Origin: Octopus sinensis
Lineage: Eukaryota
DNA: 64,000 bases
Assembly: GCF_006345805.1 (NCBI RefSeq)
Contig: NC_043003.1
Span: 33,852,001 to 33,916,000, forward strand
Direction: 5' to 3'
In this document: positions 1-11,529 of the stretch, one piece after another
Numbering within the stretch: position 1 is the stretch's first letter
Layout of the letters: every line of letters begins with the position of its first letter
Program-made: the position numbers and the translations under genes
Notes under the pieces: generated by a model
Told to the model about the DNA's origin: nothing
The model's input: the letters and a program-made list of their open reading frames with translations, nothing else
Databases searched by the model: none

Positions 1-181
1 GAACAGATATGCGTTTCTGTGTGTATATATATAATACATATATATATATGAAGATTTCTCTTGAATGAACATTCTAGTCCTGTAGAAGCTCCTTCTATAT
101 AATAAATATATATATATATATATTATATATATATATAATATATATATATATATATAAATATATATATATAAATATATATAT

Positions 182-212
<31 letters not shown>

Positions 213-660
213 GTGTGTGTATAATATATATGTATATATATATATATGAGCGTGTGTGCGTGTGTTTTGTAAATACATAAATTCACACACCCATATGGCG
301 AGCGTGTGTATATGAGAGTATATACATATATGCATATATATATTTATATGAGTGTGTATAAATATATACATATATAAATATGAATATATATATATATATA
401 TATATATATCCATATATATACATATATATACTTAAATGCATACTGTAATATGTTGTATGTATATATATATATATGTATATATCTATATATATATATATAT
501 ATAAATATATATATATGTACATAATATTTTGTATATGGTGAGTGCACGCCTGCATACATATATATGCATATATATATTATATACATATATACATGCATGG
601 TTATCTGCATGTATGTATATGTGTATGCATGTATGTATATATGTATGTATATGAATTTAT
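1..660. repeat. (TA)n/(TATG)n microsatellite mosaic
   Basis: Near-continuous TA and TG dinucleotide runs. Source of the I/Y-rich pseudo-ORFs. Confidence 0.95.
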
Positions 661-894
661 GGGGAGGAAAAAAGCTGAACACAAATCTCGAAGGACATCA
701 GTTGAGACAGTGAATAACATTGATAGAGAATGTGAAATCAAGGAGATGTACAGCGGAGAAAATTACTAAAAAAATTGTAAGAAATAAATATTAATATAAA
801 TTTATACATGATAAATATATAAATAAAATAAACGCATAAACGGATTGAAATAGGAAAGGAGTGATGCATGGCATATATGGGGACAGATTCAGTC

Positions 895-936
895 TGTGTT
901 GTGTGTAGTTGTGTGTGTGTGTGTGTGTGTGTGTGT

Positions 937-974
<38 letters not shown>

Positions 975-982
975 GTGTGTAT
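895..982. repeat. (TG)n microsatellite
   Basis: Interrupted GT run. Confidence 0.95.
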
Positions 983-2044
983 GTGCTATTGTGTACTTGC
1001 TGCTTGCATGTAACGTCTGTGTTTGTGCAATGTGTATATGAAATTCTTGTATTTTAGGAGTGTAAGTAGGATTGTGTAGAAGAATCGAACGTACATATCT
1101 AATGAGTTAAATGGGGAGGCATGTGCATGTATGTGAGAATGTGAGCAGGGGTGATGTGTTGGTAGATGTGTGTGGATGATATTAGAAATGTAAAGCGGTA
1201 GTGTAAAATATGAGTGAAAATGCTCGGGCTGTGTGCGCACGATTATCAGTGGAATTGAAGCATGTGTATGCGTGTGCATGTGTATGAAAACACACACATA
1301 CTCACATACACACACATGCATATGTGCCTATTCGTACATACGACTATATATGAATAAATATGTATATACATGTATGTTTCTGACCATGTATACACACATA
1401 TATGCATATATATCTATATCTACACACACACATATATATATATATGTATATGTATATATATATATAATATAAATATATATATATACAAGAATGTATGTAT
1501 GTACGTATGTATTTATGTATGGCAAGAAAAATAGGGCAATGTAGAAGTGCATATATAGGCCTCCATATATCAATCTTTAGAAGGACTCTTCTTACAGAAT
1601 ATATCTGTATACATTGGTAAATACATTTATATATTATTGTTATATTTGTTATACAGAAATGAATATTTCTGTATAAAAGCAGACGTGAACTTTTGAACAC
1701 TTCGGGACTCTTACCAAAAATATGCAAGTGTCGAGTAAATTTTCGCAGAGTAACAGTTTACTGAAGATCGATAACAGCATCAATTATTCAAATATAAGCA
1801 GCTTGTGTAATGGGTTTGTTCATATTATTAACATGCCGAGAAACTTGACATTTTTACTTATATCAATTCTCTTGATCTCCGCTATGTGATTCATGAATGA
1901 TGTGCCATTAAACACTGTTTGAAAATTAGTCGATCCACCACGTCGCTAGCCTAATTTGTGACTGTGTTGGAAACAGTTAATCTATGCTTTTGATTTGGAA
2001 CGGAAGCTGGTTACTCACATTTTCACTGGATCTTATTCTGTTTT

Positions 2045-2557
2045 CAATAGTTCAATAGTTTTATATTTTTGAATAAATAAAGATACGGCAGAAAATGGAA
2101 TACAAAGTGTCTCTGATATTTTCCGGTAACTTTTACCTGTTTTCCTCTGTTCAATAATTAAGTTTTTCAGTGATTTTGTTAGTTCTTTACTTTTCGCCAG
2201 TATTACGATAGTACTTTATGTTGTCTCAGTGCTGAATGAAGAAAGAAGCTAGCGTTTTGACACTTAAAAATGACAACTGATAAGATTATTGGAACAAAAG
2301 AGAAAGTTCTAATTTCAAAAAAATATTTTAACAGTATTTTGTGGCATTGAAAGTCATAAATTTATTCTGTACAAATACTTTTTTCACCCCTAAATATTTA
2401 TGATTGTATATAAATTCATTAGTTACTATAATCTCTTTTGCATATTCTTAGTTTATGCATGTGTATACAAATATAGTATTGGTATATCCCATTTATGTTC
2501 ATTAGAAATTAAATAATTAATTTTGACGAGTACGGATATTTATTTCCCCCCACTGTA
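2045..2557 (-). mobile_element. Tc1-family DNA transposon, 5' remnant
   Basis: Minus strand begins TA|CAGTGGGGGGAAATAAATA, a Tc1-type TIR. From about 2200 it translates LAKSKELTKSLKNLIIEQRKTGKSYRKISETLCIPFSAVSLFIQKYKT, resembling the Tc1 paired-like HTH N-terminus. No second TIR seen. Confidence 0.85.
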
Positions 2558-2939
2558 CATACATACATTTGAAAGTGAGAAACAGAGAGAGTCAATATGA
2601 GAGGGAAAGGCAGAGAGGGATGAGAATAAAGAGATATATAATGATACAGATCGGGTAGATAAACAAAGGACTGGGGATAAAGAGAGGCGTTAAAGAAGAG
2701 AGATGAAGCTGAAGGACTGTGGGAATTAGACGCGTCATGTTGAGACGAATTTAAAAATGAGAAACCGAGAGAAATGTTTGGAGTACAGTTCTGAGAGTAG
2801 CAAGAATAAAGAAGACAAACGGAACAAAGTAAGCATACATAAAAGTTAAAGTAATTAATGCGTATCTGATCACATAATTATGCAGAGTGCAGTGAGGAAG
2901 AAAGAGTATACATATATACATGTATACGTATCTATATAT

Positions 2940-3172
2940 GAAAGTACGTGTAGATTAAGCATGTGTGATGCATGTATGTATAGATGTGTACACACACACA
3001 CACTTATATATATATATATATATAATATATATATATATTATATATATATATACTACCCACACACATATGTACATATACATATATACATTTATATATGTAC
3101 ATACATATATGCATGTTTATGTATATAAATATGTATCTGTGTATGTATGTATATATTTATATATATATACAT

Positions 3173-3208
<36 letters not shown>

Positions 3209-3220
3209 ATATATTATATA

Positions 3221-3256
<36 letters not shown>

Positions 3257-3305
3257 TGTATGTATGTATGTATGTATGTATGTATGTGTGTGTATGTCAA
3301 TGTGT
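2940..3305. repeat. (TA)n/(TATG)n microsatellite
   Basis: TA runs followed by a long TATG array. Confidence 0.95.
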
Positions 3306-3555
3306 ATGAACTGAGAAATGGGAAAAAAGAGTTAAAGGCGTGAAAGAATGGATATGCTATAATTATAAATATTATCATATATCATTAAATTGAAGTAGAA
3401 TATATAAAATCACTGTGGAAGGCTGAAATAAAACGTCATCAACAGAAACACTAAGAGTAGCATTAGCAGCAGCATCACGGCTACCGACAGTCTTTATATA
3501 ACCAGCAAAAATATATGCAGAATTAGAAGAAGAATAACGTTTTATCTAAAAATAA

Positions 3556-3570
3556 AATTAATAATAATAA

Positions 3571-3637
<67 letters not shown>
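3556..3637. repeat. (AAT)n microsatellite
   Basis: Long AAT run. Confidence 0.95.
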
Positions 3638-3638
<1 letters not shown>

Positions 3639-3649
3639 CGATGATGGTT

Positions 3650-3856
3650 TCAATTTTCCCACAACGGTAGCAGTTTTGGGGCAAGGGATGAGTCGATTAT
3701 ATCGACCCCACTGTTCAAATGGTGATTATTTTATCGACACCGAAAGGATGAGAAGTAAGTCGACTTCGGCAGAATGTGAACTCACAACGCAGCGACTGGC
3801 GAAATACGGCTAAACATTATGTCCAGCGCGCTAACGATTCTGTCAGCTCACTGCCT
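3650..3856 (-). mobile_element. tRNA-derived SINE family A, diverged
   Basis: Reverse complement matches the copy at 4957 (GGCAG.GAGCTG.CAGAATCGTTAGC...GAGTTCACATTCTGCCGAAGTCGAC...). Confidence 0.85.
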
Positions 3857-3858
3857 TA

Positions 3859-3878
3859 TAATAATAATAATAATAATA

Positions 3879-3914
<36 letters not shown>

Positions 3915-3922
3915 TAATAATA

Positions 3923-3959
<37 letters not shown>
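3859..3959. repeat. (AAT)n microsatellite
   Basis: AAT run directly 5' of the LINE fragment. Confidence 0.95.
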
Positions 3960-3961
<2 letters not shown>

Positions 3962-4235
3962 TCCCTGGCTTACCATCCCTGCAAGAAGTGCAAAAGATTG
4001 TCTTAACTGGTACATCACACGTATTGAGAAGAGCATTGTCGCTGTGAGAGCTGTTACTGCCCATGTATTTTATTTAACCTTAAAAAAAAAATGAACAAAC
4101 TATTGAGTTTGGTTTAATGGCCTACCAATGTATACAATGAGTTTCTTTGCCCTAGGAGTCGGGAAGACGCTCGGCAAGAAATGGAAGCAAATTTGAAAGA
4201 AGTAGAAAAAGAAAAAGAATAATAATAATAATGAG
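3960..4235 (+). mobile_element. 5'-truncated Dong/R4-like RLE LINE (C-terminus and 3' UTR)
   Basis: 3961-4047 translates IPGLPSLQEVQKIVLTGTSHVLRRALSL*. This matches the R4/Dong C-terminal motif and the copy at 37622-38250. Flanked by (AAT)n on both sides. Confidence 0.8.
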
Positions 4236-4240
4236 GAGGA

Positions 4241-4279
4241 GGAGGAGGAGGAGGAGGAGGAGGAGGAGGAGGAGGAGGA
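4241..4279. repeat. (GAG)n microsatellite
   Basis: Perfect GAG run. Confidence 0.95.
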
Positions 4280-4777
4280 TAAGACAGTACCAGGCAGTGA
4301 CTCTCGTGGCTTCTGATCTTAACTGATTGGAAGTGTTATCATGTATACTGTTTTGTCTTGGTAAAAAAGACGGGATGCAGCAAATATTCTGCTCAATACC
4401 TCAGATTTGCTTGTGAGTTTTGTGACCTTAACCAATTGAGCATGTCACTAAGTGGCTGACGATATGTGCATCTCTGATCACGAGCAGAAGTTGAGGGGAG
4501 TATCAAAGCCATGTGTTGAGGGGGATTCTATGGGGTTTGAATAATTCACCTCTGGAAACATGCGTGTTTCGTTCAACATCCTTAAACAACCCTTATTTAG
4601 AGACCTTTTGAGCGGGATGGGTTACTCGACCAGAAGAAAATTCTAACTGCACCTCAACTGCAAGGTCATATGGTGTTTATCTTGATATGAGATCACCATG
4701 TCGCACACATACGGTTGTGATGCATGTGCCTGGTGTACCCTTATCAGACGAGTAGTTGGGATGGGTATACTGGGCTT

Positions 4778-4780
<3 letters not shown>

Positions 4781-4868
<88 letters not shown>

Positions 4869-4870
4869 TA

Positions 4871-4949
<79 letters not shown>

Positions 4950-4950
4950 T
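4781..4950. repeat. (TA)n microsatellite
   Basis: About 170 bp TA run with single-base phase slips. Confidence 0.95.
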
Positions 4951-4956
4951 TATTAA

Positions 4957-5190
4957 GGCGGCGAGCTGGCAGAAACGTTACCACGTCGGGCGAAATGCTT
5001 AGCGGTATTTCGCCTGCCGTTACGTTGTGAGTTCAAATTCCGCCGAGGTCGACTTTACCTTTCATCCTTTCGGGGTCGATAAATTAAGTACCAGTTACGC
5101 ACTGGGGTCGATGTAATCGACTTAATGCCTATGTCTGTCCTTGTTTGTCCCTTCTATGTTTAGCCCCTTGTGGGTAATAAAGAAATGGGT
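4957..5190 (+). mobile_element. tRNA-derived SINE family A, full length
   Basis: A-box-like TGGCAGAAACGTTA, B-box GAGTTCAAATTCC, body GTCGACTTT.CCTTTCATCCTTTCGGGGTCGATAA, tail CCCCTTGTGGGTAATAAAGAAAT. About 10 related copies in the window. Octopus tRNA-SINEs (OK/OR1/OR2) are described but I cannot assign which this is. Confidence 0.9.
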
Positions 5191-7419
5191 ATATTTTAAC
5201 CCAGTATCACTTTGATGGCATGCACTTCTCTCTCACTCAATAATAATAATAACATCAATGATGATGACACTTTGCCTGCCACAGTGGCATCAGAAGTAGC
5301 GTGTCAGTCTCGTTAACCAAAATAATATTAATAAAAATAATTGTCATTTATTGGCAACAGGAATTTTCTATCACTTCCACACCTCTTCAATTAGCGCTTC
5401 TTCTAGTTCTTCTGTACTTCTGTTATTTATTTCCAACCCTCTTCAGCTTTCATTCGATGCTATATTGACTTCTGGCTCCTTGTTATATTTGTAGCACCAC
5501 ATAGGTAGGTGATGAGTGCAGTAATGATATGGAAATATATAACAAGATGCAATATCATCCTGAATTTCTACATTTTTATGAACCTTGAACAACACAAAAT
5601 GCATATAAAATTATATATAAAAAAACACAATGACAAAAACAATGTAGGACTACAAAAAAGAATATGAACTAAAATTGAACGAAATCTAGTTGAACGAGAT
5701 CGGTCTTCTGCACAATCCTGATCCTCTTGTAATGCTATCTTTTTTTTTTGGTATCGGTGTGATCCGTGTTTTTTATTTTACTTATTTATCTTTTTATTTA
5801 TTTATTTATTTATTCATTTATTTATTTATTTATTTATCTATTTATTACTGCATACAGGGAGCCCATTTCCTTACTAACCTGTATTGACTATGAGAAGGTG
5901 AGTGACAAGCTTATACTTACACATCTTAGTCGCTTTCTCCCTGCCCACTTTCTGTAATTTTCATGTAAAATTCCAAGCATTAAAATGCACGGGCAAGCAT
6001 TTTGATGAACCGAAGATGGCAGGGGGCACACTAAGTGAAATGCAATAATAACAGATAATACTTTAAGAAATATAGTCGAACGAAACACTCAAGAAATACA
6101 AAACACGATGTCTTTTATGATGCGAATCCATATGCACATTGGGCAAACCGGCTGCATGCGCTGATCATAGCACATCGCAGTCATGATTGCATATTATCTC
6201 CAACACTTTGATGTGCTCTTTCAGCCTAATTCTTAAATCATTCCTCCAGAATTCTTTAGTTAAAATGAAGTAATTTCTTGATTATGTTAATTGCTGTGAT
6301 TTTTCTTTCCAAGAATGAAGTGGCTTCATGTTCACAGGAGAATCCTCCCTCCACAGGGGATAAATTTCGCTTCACGTGATAAGAGGCACTCCTTGCATGT
6401 CTTGATTACGTTGATGAGATCGATTTTATTTTTAATTTTTTAGTTGGTGACATTTTACGCCTTAAGTTTATTTTCCTTTTATCTTCTGTAAAACAATACC
6501 AATCCGATTAAACCTGCATCTAGTCTCCATCGTCGCAGGTAGAAGGTTGAGCTTCCTCTGGGCCCCCACTGATATTGCTGTCATTGACTATTTACTCGTT
6601 CAGGCTGTCCCTTACTGTCACTATTTGTTTTGACTGGACAAAGTATCCTTCGTAATTCCACTCAGATTCTGGAACTAAATATAAAGGATTTCTTCCACTG
6701 TCTAAGAGGATGCTCGTGATGCTTCATTATATGCAGCCACCTCCGTAGTCTAATACTGTGCACTTCTTTCACCTCTTCTGTACTTGCATGCCTTTTAATA
6801 CCAAATGTGTAGCAACTGGGATTATCGCTGCGTGTGATAAATCTTACTGTTTTTCTTTTTGCATCTAATACAGTATATACCTCTGGGTTTGTTTTGTGGT
6901 CTTGTGGAGTTATGAGAATTTGTGCCCCATTGTGATATTCTGTCAGAGAAACCTTATTTTTATGAGGTTTCTGATGTTGCCATATTATTACTCTCTGACT
7001 TAAATGCTCCACCAATGAAGTGTTCTTGTTTCTCAAGGCTGAAGACTATGAGATCCAGTTGCTTCTTCTAGGCATACGTTGACTAAGTGCTTTGGATACA
7101 TTGCTACTGTGGTAAATGATACGGTATGGTCATTCAACGATGACCATACTATGTTTTTTTTCATATGTATCACATTACTCACTGTGTCGTACTCGATCAT
7201 CTTAGAGGAGCTGAGCTTGTGTGCTTTAAAGGCTATTTCACTTTACTCTTAGCAGAACATGCAACCACGTAAGAAGTTGCATAATTCTAGAAAAACTTGT
7301 TGCAAAAAAAAAAAAAAAAGAAAATGAACGTAAAGTGTACTGTATGTAATAGTGATACAGTTTAGCACAGACCAACGTTTCTTGACTAGACCTATGCTCA
7401 GAAACATATCTGCAATAAC

Positions 7420-8680
7420 TATCAGGCTGAGTAAAAAGTAAGCAACGTTTTGAAACAGGAAATTCCTCACAATATATTTTAATAATGCGGAAATTGTATT
7501 CATCAAAGTAAGTACACTTTTACCAACGAGTTACAAATTTGTTTATTCTGGTAACATAAAAATCTGAAGTTTTGGATCTGATGAATTTTTTGAACGCAAT
7601 TTCAGTATCAGTTTGATTTTTTAACTCCTTCTCTCGCAGGAAATCATCATGATGTTGAAAAAGTGATAGTTGGTAGGAAAAATGTCTGGGGAAAAAGCTG
7701 AGTGGGGAGGAATTGCATAACCAAGTTCCTTCATCTCCTGGAGCGCCATTTGTGAAAGGTGTGGTCGAACATTGTCAGGAAGAATGATTGGCCCTTTTCT
7801 GATGACCAGTCTGAGATGGGCAGTTTTTCGTTCATTTTGACTATTTCATGGCAAAATGTTTCTGCACTAATGGTTTTTCCGGGTTTTAAGAAGATATAGT
7901 GGATGAGTCCTGCAGTGCGCCACCAACCAGTCACCATAACCTCCTTTTGAAGAGCTCGGTTTTAGGGAAGGTTTTCAGTGCTCCATTTTGGTCCGAGAAG
8001 TATGAAGAACATATTTTTTATTATTATACAGAATCCACTTTTCATCGCAAGTTACGGTCGAAAAATGGATCTGTCTGGTTACGGAGAAGAAGCGACAAGC
8101 AAATTTCATATCTGTGCATTTTCTGATTTTCATTCAAATCGTGTGGTACATATTTATCGAACTTCTTTGATTTTCCGATTGCATTCAAATGGTTGCCGGC
8201 AGTTTTTTGGCTAACTTGAAGTTCTTTTGCCAGTTCTCGAGTGGTTTTACGTGAATGTTTCTCAATGACGGTCTCTAATTAACCGTCATCACTGACAGAT
8301 GGGCTTCCACTTAGCTCACGGACTTCAAGGCTCAGGTCTCCACTGCCAATTCGTTTAAACCATTTTAGAGCTGACCACTCGCTGGTCATTTCCTCACCAA
8401 ACGTTTCGTTGGCATCGCGAGCAGCTTCAGGTGTTTTACGTCCTTTTTTGAAGTTGAATAGCAAAATTGCTCAAATATCGCGCTTTGACAGTTTCATTTC
8501 AGTTTATTGTAAGAACGGTGAAAAAATATCAATGTTAATTTATTGATGCATTTGAGCAAGTCTATGTCTGTATTAGCAGACAACTGCAAAATTTCTTTAA
8601 AAAATATTTAAAACTCTGCAAAAGTCCGATACAAATTCTTCGTGGTTCAAAACGTTGTTTACTTTTTACTCAACTTGATA
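7420..8680 (-). mobile_element. Mariner (DD34D-type) transposon, near full length, transposase pseudogene
   Basis: TIRs TA|TCAGGCTGAGTAAAAAGTAAGCAACGTTTTGAA (7422) and its inverse ending 8678, TA on both sides, length about 1.26 kb. Minus-strand peptides MLFNFKKGRKTPEAARD...WFKRIGSGDLSLE..LSGSP, VTGWWRTAGLIHYIFLKPGKTISAE and ELGYAIPPHSAFSPDIFPTNYHFF (YSPDL-like). Frameshifts and stops present. Confidence 0.95.
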
Positions 8681-8972
8681 TATCGTCTTGCCTGCTTTTA
8701 TATTATGTAATGAACTTTTCCGTAGTTTTAGATATTTACTGTTAACATGAGAGAGATCCTTGGCTGTTATACTAAATAGGTCGAGTAATAATGCTGAAAC
8801 ATCTCCTTCGTATTGTACAATATATTTGTTTATATGATTATCTGAGTAGATATAATAGTAACAGTGGCAGTGGGGATGGCGATAGAAATGGGGGAGATGG
8901 TGGCAGTGGTGGCGATTGTTGTATGGTGATGGCATCGATGTTAGTATGGTCTTTTCAGTGAATATAATAATG

Positions 8973-9186
8973 ATTTCAAATTTTGACACAGAACCAGCAA
9001 TTTCGGGTTCCAGGGTTAAGTTGATTACACCAACCCCAGTGATCAACTGGTACTTATTTTATCGGCCCCCTACAGGATGGAAGGTAAGGTCGACCTCGGT
9101 GGAATTTAAACTCAACATAAAGACGGACGAAAAGCTGCTAAGCATTTTGTCCGGCTGGCTAACGATTCTGCCCGCTCGCTGCTTTA
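8973..9186 (-). mobile_element. SINE family A with 18-bp target-site duplication
   Basis: Family A body. TCAGTGAATATAATAATG occurs at 8955-8972 and 9189-9206. Confidence 0.85.
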
Positions 9187-9238
9187 ACTCAGTGAATATA
9201 ATAATGGTACTTTTTTATGAATATAATAATATAATAAT

Positions 9239-9399
9239 AAGTTCATTACATAATATAAAAGCAGGCAAGACGATATATCAAGTTGAGTAAAAAGTAAGCA
9301 ACATTTTGAACCATGAAGAATTTGTATCGGATTTTTGCAGAGTTTTGAAATTTTTTTAAAGATCTTTTTGCAATTGCCTGCTAATACAGACATAGACTT
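9239..9399 (+). mobile_element. Inverted copy of the mariner 5' end plus 39 bp of its flank
   Basis: Reverse complement of 8558-8717, about 93% identical. Confidence 0.9.
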
Positions 9400-11431
9400 T
9401 AGCGATGGTTATCGTGATTATGGTGACAGTTACGATGCAGATAGCTGGTATGATTGAGGAGATGGCGGTACTTTTGTGTTTGACTGTTGCCTTGGTAGAG
9501 CTGGTTGTTGTTTTAGTAGTTGATGTAGTAGAGGAAAATGTGTTGGGAGAATGTGTAGATGGGTAGGGTATCAAAAATAGAAATAAATATAGATTTCTTT
9601 TAATGAACGGACGAAGAATCTCAATGGGACTTATGGAATTAAAATAATTGAAATTATTCAAATGATCTCTGATAAAGGGTTGTAACGGAAGACTATGATG
9701 TAGAATGGAATGTCTGGTACAGAAAGAGAGGTGAGAGCCAATAAGGAGTAACGGGTTATTATGGGAAAAGAAAAGAAAGAAGACAAAGTCAATGTGTATT
9801 TTAATAAACGAAGTCGAAACGAAGCTAAAAGTAAACATTTGTCCATATGACAAAATTTAAGCCGTAAAAGAGGATTAAACCTTAAACAAAACCAAAAGCA
9901 GCAGTGGAAGTAAAGGTAGTAGAGATAGGAACTTTGGCAATGCCTTTTACCTCAAGAACTAAGCTTATGTGAAAGAAACAAATGGAATAGTTCCTATGGT
10001 AGTTTGGGAATGTTAGAATGTGTTATGGCCTTGAATTGATATCCAGTTGAAGTGTGAAGATATTTGAATCACTCCAAGAATTACTATTCCTAAATTCGAT
10101 ACTGTACTACATTATGCATGTCAGATTATTATACTCCACAGGTCTTGTGACTAACACACGCACACAATCTATTAATATATACACATTGCTACAACGCTTA
10201 TAATATTGCTTTCCTCTCCATCTGTCTATCTCTATTTCTCACACAAATTCACAAACACATTCTCACACACACTACACACATAGATTTCTTGCAACCTAAA
10301 CATCAACATCGCTGATAATGACAAGATTTATCGCAATAATCATCCATATTCTCGATGCCAGAGGGAAGGATAAACTAATACTGCCTTTTTTTATGTGGAC
10401 TTGTGATCTGCTAGAATTAACACCCAAATAGCGTTCAAACAGTTTCCAACGATATTAAAGAAGTCAAGAAAAATATATGAACAATTTAATTTTGAATACA
10501 CATTATTCGAAACCGTGTCCGTGCCGGACACGGTTGAACCATTAATCGACCAATAAAAGTATGTTTGTCCGATCAGGGCTGGCTGACCGAGACAAGACTG
10601 CAACAGACGAATAAAAAAATAATAATAAATAAAAGTAAAAACGCAAAGAAAAAGAGAAAAGGAAATGAAATTGAGAAATATTCTAAAACAATAAATTATA
10701 TAGCCAAACATACAGAAAAGGTAAAAAGGCATTAAAACTCATTTATATTCAACAGCACAGTAAGCTGTTCTGCACAACTACGGTGTATGGCCCTATTAAT
10801 TAGCAATAGAATATTATTAGTATTTAAAATTCTGAGCAAAGATTCCTGAAATATTCTTGATCTTTGCTTTTAATGGAAGAGAGTCAGGAATAGAAAGTCA
10901 AATTAACAGTGGTATTCGTCCGTAGATAATATCTCTTATGTACATGCTGTGCTTAAGGATACAAAAATATCAGTGCGGATGAAAATTTAATATAATAATG
11001 TTTTGTTGCATATAATGGGTAGTTTTTCAACATTGCAACATTGGTGATTTTTTTTTCAGTCAAGCTTTTCTTACATCAGTTATGACAGATTCTGCTTTAT
11101 CATGGGTTTGCTGGTGGCGCACGGTACTGTCGACGGCAACGAGACAGATATGCGCATCTACCATTCTTATCGCCACTGTCGAATGAGTTTTGTCTGATAC
11201 TGATATATTTTTGTTTTCAAATACAGTGCGTCAACAAGAGATATATATTCCGGATGAATATAAGAGTTCTACTTATCTTTCCGCGATGCATCTCCATGCT
11301 CAGTACGATACACTTATATACAAATGTGTGAGTGAGTGAGTATGTGTGAGTGTGTATATGTATGTGTGCGTATGTATATATATGTATGTATATGTAGTTT
11401 TATATGTATATTTGAATGTATACACAGACAA

Positions 11432-11483
<52 letters not shown>

Positions 11484-11529
11484 GTGATTCCGTATACTAA
11501 TATATGCATTATACAGCGCATTCATGCTT

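Larger units (their letters stand above)
4283..5250 (+). repeat. Interspersed repeat ending in (AAT)n, interrupted by (TA)n plus a SINE
   Basis: Recalled as a high-copy octopus repeat whose end reads ...GGGTATACTGGGCTT.GTATATTTTA.CCCAGT.TCACTTTGATGGCATGCAC...AATAATAAT. Here the two halves lie either side of 4781-5188. Contiguity cannot be proven within the window. Confidence 0.45.

Noticed and set aside
95-3343. I/Y/C/V/M-rich ORFs here and at about 22400-23700, 33750-34550, 39230-40375, 43020-43905 and 49600-50460
   Set aside because: They are translations of TA/TG/CT/TATG microsatellites, which lack stop codons in some frames.
4781-4950. AA/TT phase slips in long (TA)n runs as an encoded pattern
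   Set aside because: Irregular spacing, consistent with slippage or sequencing and consensus error.
5330-5500. Possible Tc1 C-terminal fragment on the minus strand (STEELEEALIEEVWK)
   Set aside because: One short motif only, with no TIR or DDE context.
6100-7080. ORF 6662..7036 and surrounding sequence as a LINE ORF1/gag-like remnant
   Set aside because: Looks like decayed coding DNA, but I cannot recover a convincing zinc knuckle or other motif. Needs a translated search.
10391-10732. 113-aa minus ORF with a plausible splice acceptor near 10605
   Set aside because: The N-terminal half is T-rich low complexity, no domain is recognisable, and part resembles decayed repeat family E.
11050-11210. 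CpG-rich exon-like patch (YDRFCFIMGLL... on plus; ...SVITD|GTAAGA on minus)
   Set aside because: Open in several frames, with no recognisable protein and no consistent acceptor/donor pair. RNA-seq would decide.
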